A stretch of DNA of 64,000 nt from a virus, in IMG/VR virus record IMGVR_UViG_3300023440_000002, positions 44,382 to 108,381 of that record; one strand, 5' to 3'. A model generated the notes under the pieces. It was not told where the DNA came from and made no database searches. It saw nothing but the letters and a program-made list of their open reading frames with translations. A program made the translations under genes and the position numbers. Below, one piece after another: positions 62,250 to 64,000 of the stretch. Position 1 is the first letter of the stretch. The number at the start of each line of letters is the position of its first letter.

Positions 62250-64000
62250 ATGTCTAAGTTTAAACAACTCATAAATCCTCACTCTCACAGTGACGGATCG
62301 TTAGATGGTGCGGCCACCATAAAAGATATAGTAAAAAGAAATGTAGAATTAGGGGCATCTCACGTTACATGTACTGAGCATGGCAATATGAATACCGCTA
62401 TGGATTTATATTCAACGTGCCACAGTATGGGCGTTAAGCCTATTTTAGGTTGCGAACTGTACGTACAAACACCCTTTAAAGATGAACTGGAAAAACAACT
62501 AAGAGAAAAGTTTAAGGGTGATAAAGACATTGAAAAGAAAATCAATAAAAAACTAGAAGGGCATTACGTTCACCTTACTGTTCATTTTAAGGATGAGTGG
62601 GCTTGGAAGTATTTTTGTAATCTTAGCCCAATAATGGACGCAAGGGGTTTGGTTCGTTGGGGTGAGAAAAAATCACTATGCACTATAGAAGAACTAGCTG
62701 GAGCTTCAGGTCACATAACGATATGTTCCAGTTGTTTAGTTGGAGCTGTACAGAAATGGTTACTGCCTGACAGGGATACCGGACATGTAAGACCTGATCT
62801 GGCAGAAAAGTCATATCGAATGATTCGGGATATAGCTGGCGATGAAAATTTCTTCGTTGAGGTTTTCCCTCATGAGGTAACTCACAACTGGCAAGCGCCG
62901 AAAAGAGAAAAAGGTAAAAGGACGATAATATCACCAGGGTACTTTAAGGCTATCGAATGCACCCCTGACTTTCCGGATGGTGATTTGCAGAAAAAAGCCA
63001 ACCAGTTCGTTATGGATTTAGCAAAAAAATATAACGATCCTTTAATTATCTCTTTAGATTCTCATTTTGCTACACCGGAACAAAAAATAACTCAAGATGC
63101 AAAGCTAGGGAATGGAAGAGAAGCTTGGAAGTTTTATAATTCTTACCATATAGCTAGCACCGAAGAGGTAGCAAAAACACTGACTTCTACCTTAGGTTTA
63201 ACTGATCGAGAGATAGGTAAGATGGTTGATAATTCTTACTTGTTTGCGTCACGGTTTGATGGATTCAAACTAACAACATCTAATGATCGATGGGTAATGC
63301 AAGATCTCCCAGAAAATTGGAAGGTGATGCTTAAACAGAAAATAGATTCGTATGGAAGGATGGATTGGTCTGACAAAGCTATGTGTGACAGACTTAAGGA
63401 AGAAATTGGCGTTATAGCGTTCAACCCTAAGCTTAACTTTATTCCTTATTTGTTTACTGTTGAGGATGTAGCTAATTTTTGTAAAAAAGAAGGTATCCTT
63501 ATGACAGTAAGGGGTTCCGCCGGCGGGTGCTTATTGTTGTATTTGTTGGGAGTAAGTGCAGTAAACCCATTAAAGCACGACCTATTGTTTGGTAGGTTTT
63601 TAACCTTAGGTCGTATAGACTCTAATAATATTCCCGACGTCGATATGGATATTTCAGATAAAGATAAGGTTCTAGGTTATCTGGAAGAAACTTACGGTGA
63701 CGGTTTTTGCAAACTGTCTATAGATTCCATGCTTAAGTTGAAATCATCAATTAAGGACGCTGAAAGGTCAATGAAAGGTGAAGTTTCAAAAGAAACTGAA
63801 GCTATGTGTAAAAAACTGCCACAGTCCGGCCAAGGTGGAAACGAAAAGGATATTGTTTTTGGTTATGTAGATTCTGAAGGTCATCATGTGTCAGGTCTAG
63901 TTCAAACTAATCAATATTTAAGTAAGTGGGTTGCGAAAAATAAAGATATTTGGGATGCTGTATCTCAAATGCTGGGAGTGCAAAGGCAAAAGTCAGTGCA
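62250..64000 (+). CDS. dnaE: DNA polymerase III alpha subunit (truncated by window end; absent from ORF track)
   Basis: PHP motifs HSHSDGSLDG, TEHG, KPILGCELY, DSH; RGSAGG; PDVDMD catalytic motif; spot-checked in one frame from ATG 62250; TGCTATAAT at 62214-62222. Confidence 0.93.
   Translation, partial: MSKFKQLINPHSHSDGSLDGAATIKDIVKRNVELGASHVTCTEHGNMNTAMDLYSTCHSMGVKPILGCELYVQTPFKDELEKQLREKFKGDKDIEKKINKKLEGHYVHLTVHFKDEWAWKYFCNLSPIMDARGLVRWGEKKSLCTIEELAGASGHITICSSCLVGAVQKWLLPDRDTGHVRPDLAEKSYRMIRDIAGDENFFVEVFPHEVTHNWQAPKREKGKRTIISPGYFKAIECTPDFPDGDLQKKANQFVMDLAKKYNDPLIISLDSHFATPEQKITQDAKLGNGREAWKFYNSYHIASTEEVAKTLTSTLGLTDREIGKMVDNSYLFASRFDGFKLTTSNDRWVMQDLPENWKVMLKQKIDSYGRMDWSDKAMCDRLKEEIGVIAFNPKLNFIPYLFTVEDVANFCKKEGILMTVRGSAGGCLLLYLLGVSAVNPLKHDLLFGRFLTLGRIDSNNIPDVDMDISDKDKVLGYLEETYGDGFCKLSIDSMLKLKSSIKDAERSMKGEVSKETEAMCKKLPQSGQGGNEKDIVFGYVDSEGHHVSGLVQTNQYLSKWVAKNKDIWDAVSQMLGVQRQKSV

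Noticed and set aside
62360-63424. Short minus-strand ORFs at the window end
   Set aside because: Antisense shadows of the dnaE-like gene on the plus strand.
1-64000. Genome-wide stop-codon reassignment
   Set aside because: Long genes are intact under code 11, and TAA, TAG and TGA all terminate well-defined genes.

Overview
AT-rich segment of a large, probably lytic tailed phage (myovirus/jumbo-type). It has three zones. (1) About 1-29 kb: small accessory/early genes. (2) 29-47 kb: tail tube-like, baseplate/tail-fibre and endolysin genes. (3) 47-64 kb: nucleotide metabolism, a phage sigma factor, SF2 helicase, candidate replication origin with an HTH protein, GroEL, SbcC/Rad50-like ATPase, RuvC-like resolvase and a DNA polymerase III alpha that runs off the window end. 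The standout element is two convergent tandem arrays totalling about 55 translationally coupled mini-genes (879-3113 on +, 5991-13739 on -). They encode hypervariable Q-[V/I]-x-x tetrapeptide-repeat peptides of mostly 40-100 aa between conserved N- and C-terminal caps. The arrays flank an isolated baseplate-like gene and carry a ClpP-like gene inserted as a cassette. At least 15 sigma-28 (FliA)-type promoter motifs (TAAAG.T.-N11/12-.CCGATA.) face the accessory genes, and 7 of them are written into the first codons of array units. Also found: a canonical type II hammerhead ribozyme (23629-23682, -), a tandem R-S-E ADP-ribosyltransferase-like protein next to a stand-alone ligase domain-Ia-like ORF, and a 22-bp inverted repeat around an AT-rich core at the 52.4 kb strand switch. 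All calls come from motif recognition by eye; no database searches were run. No tRNA, rRNA or CRISPR array was recognised.
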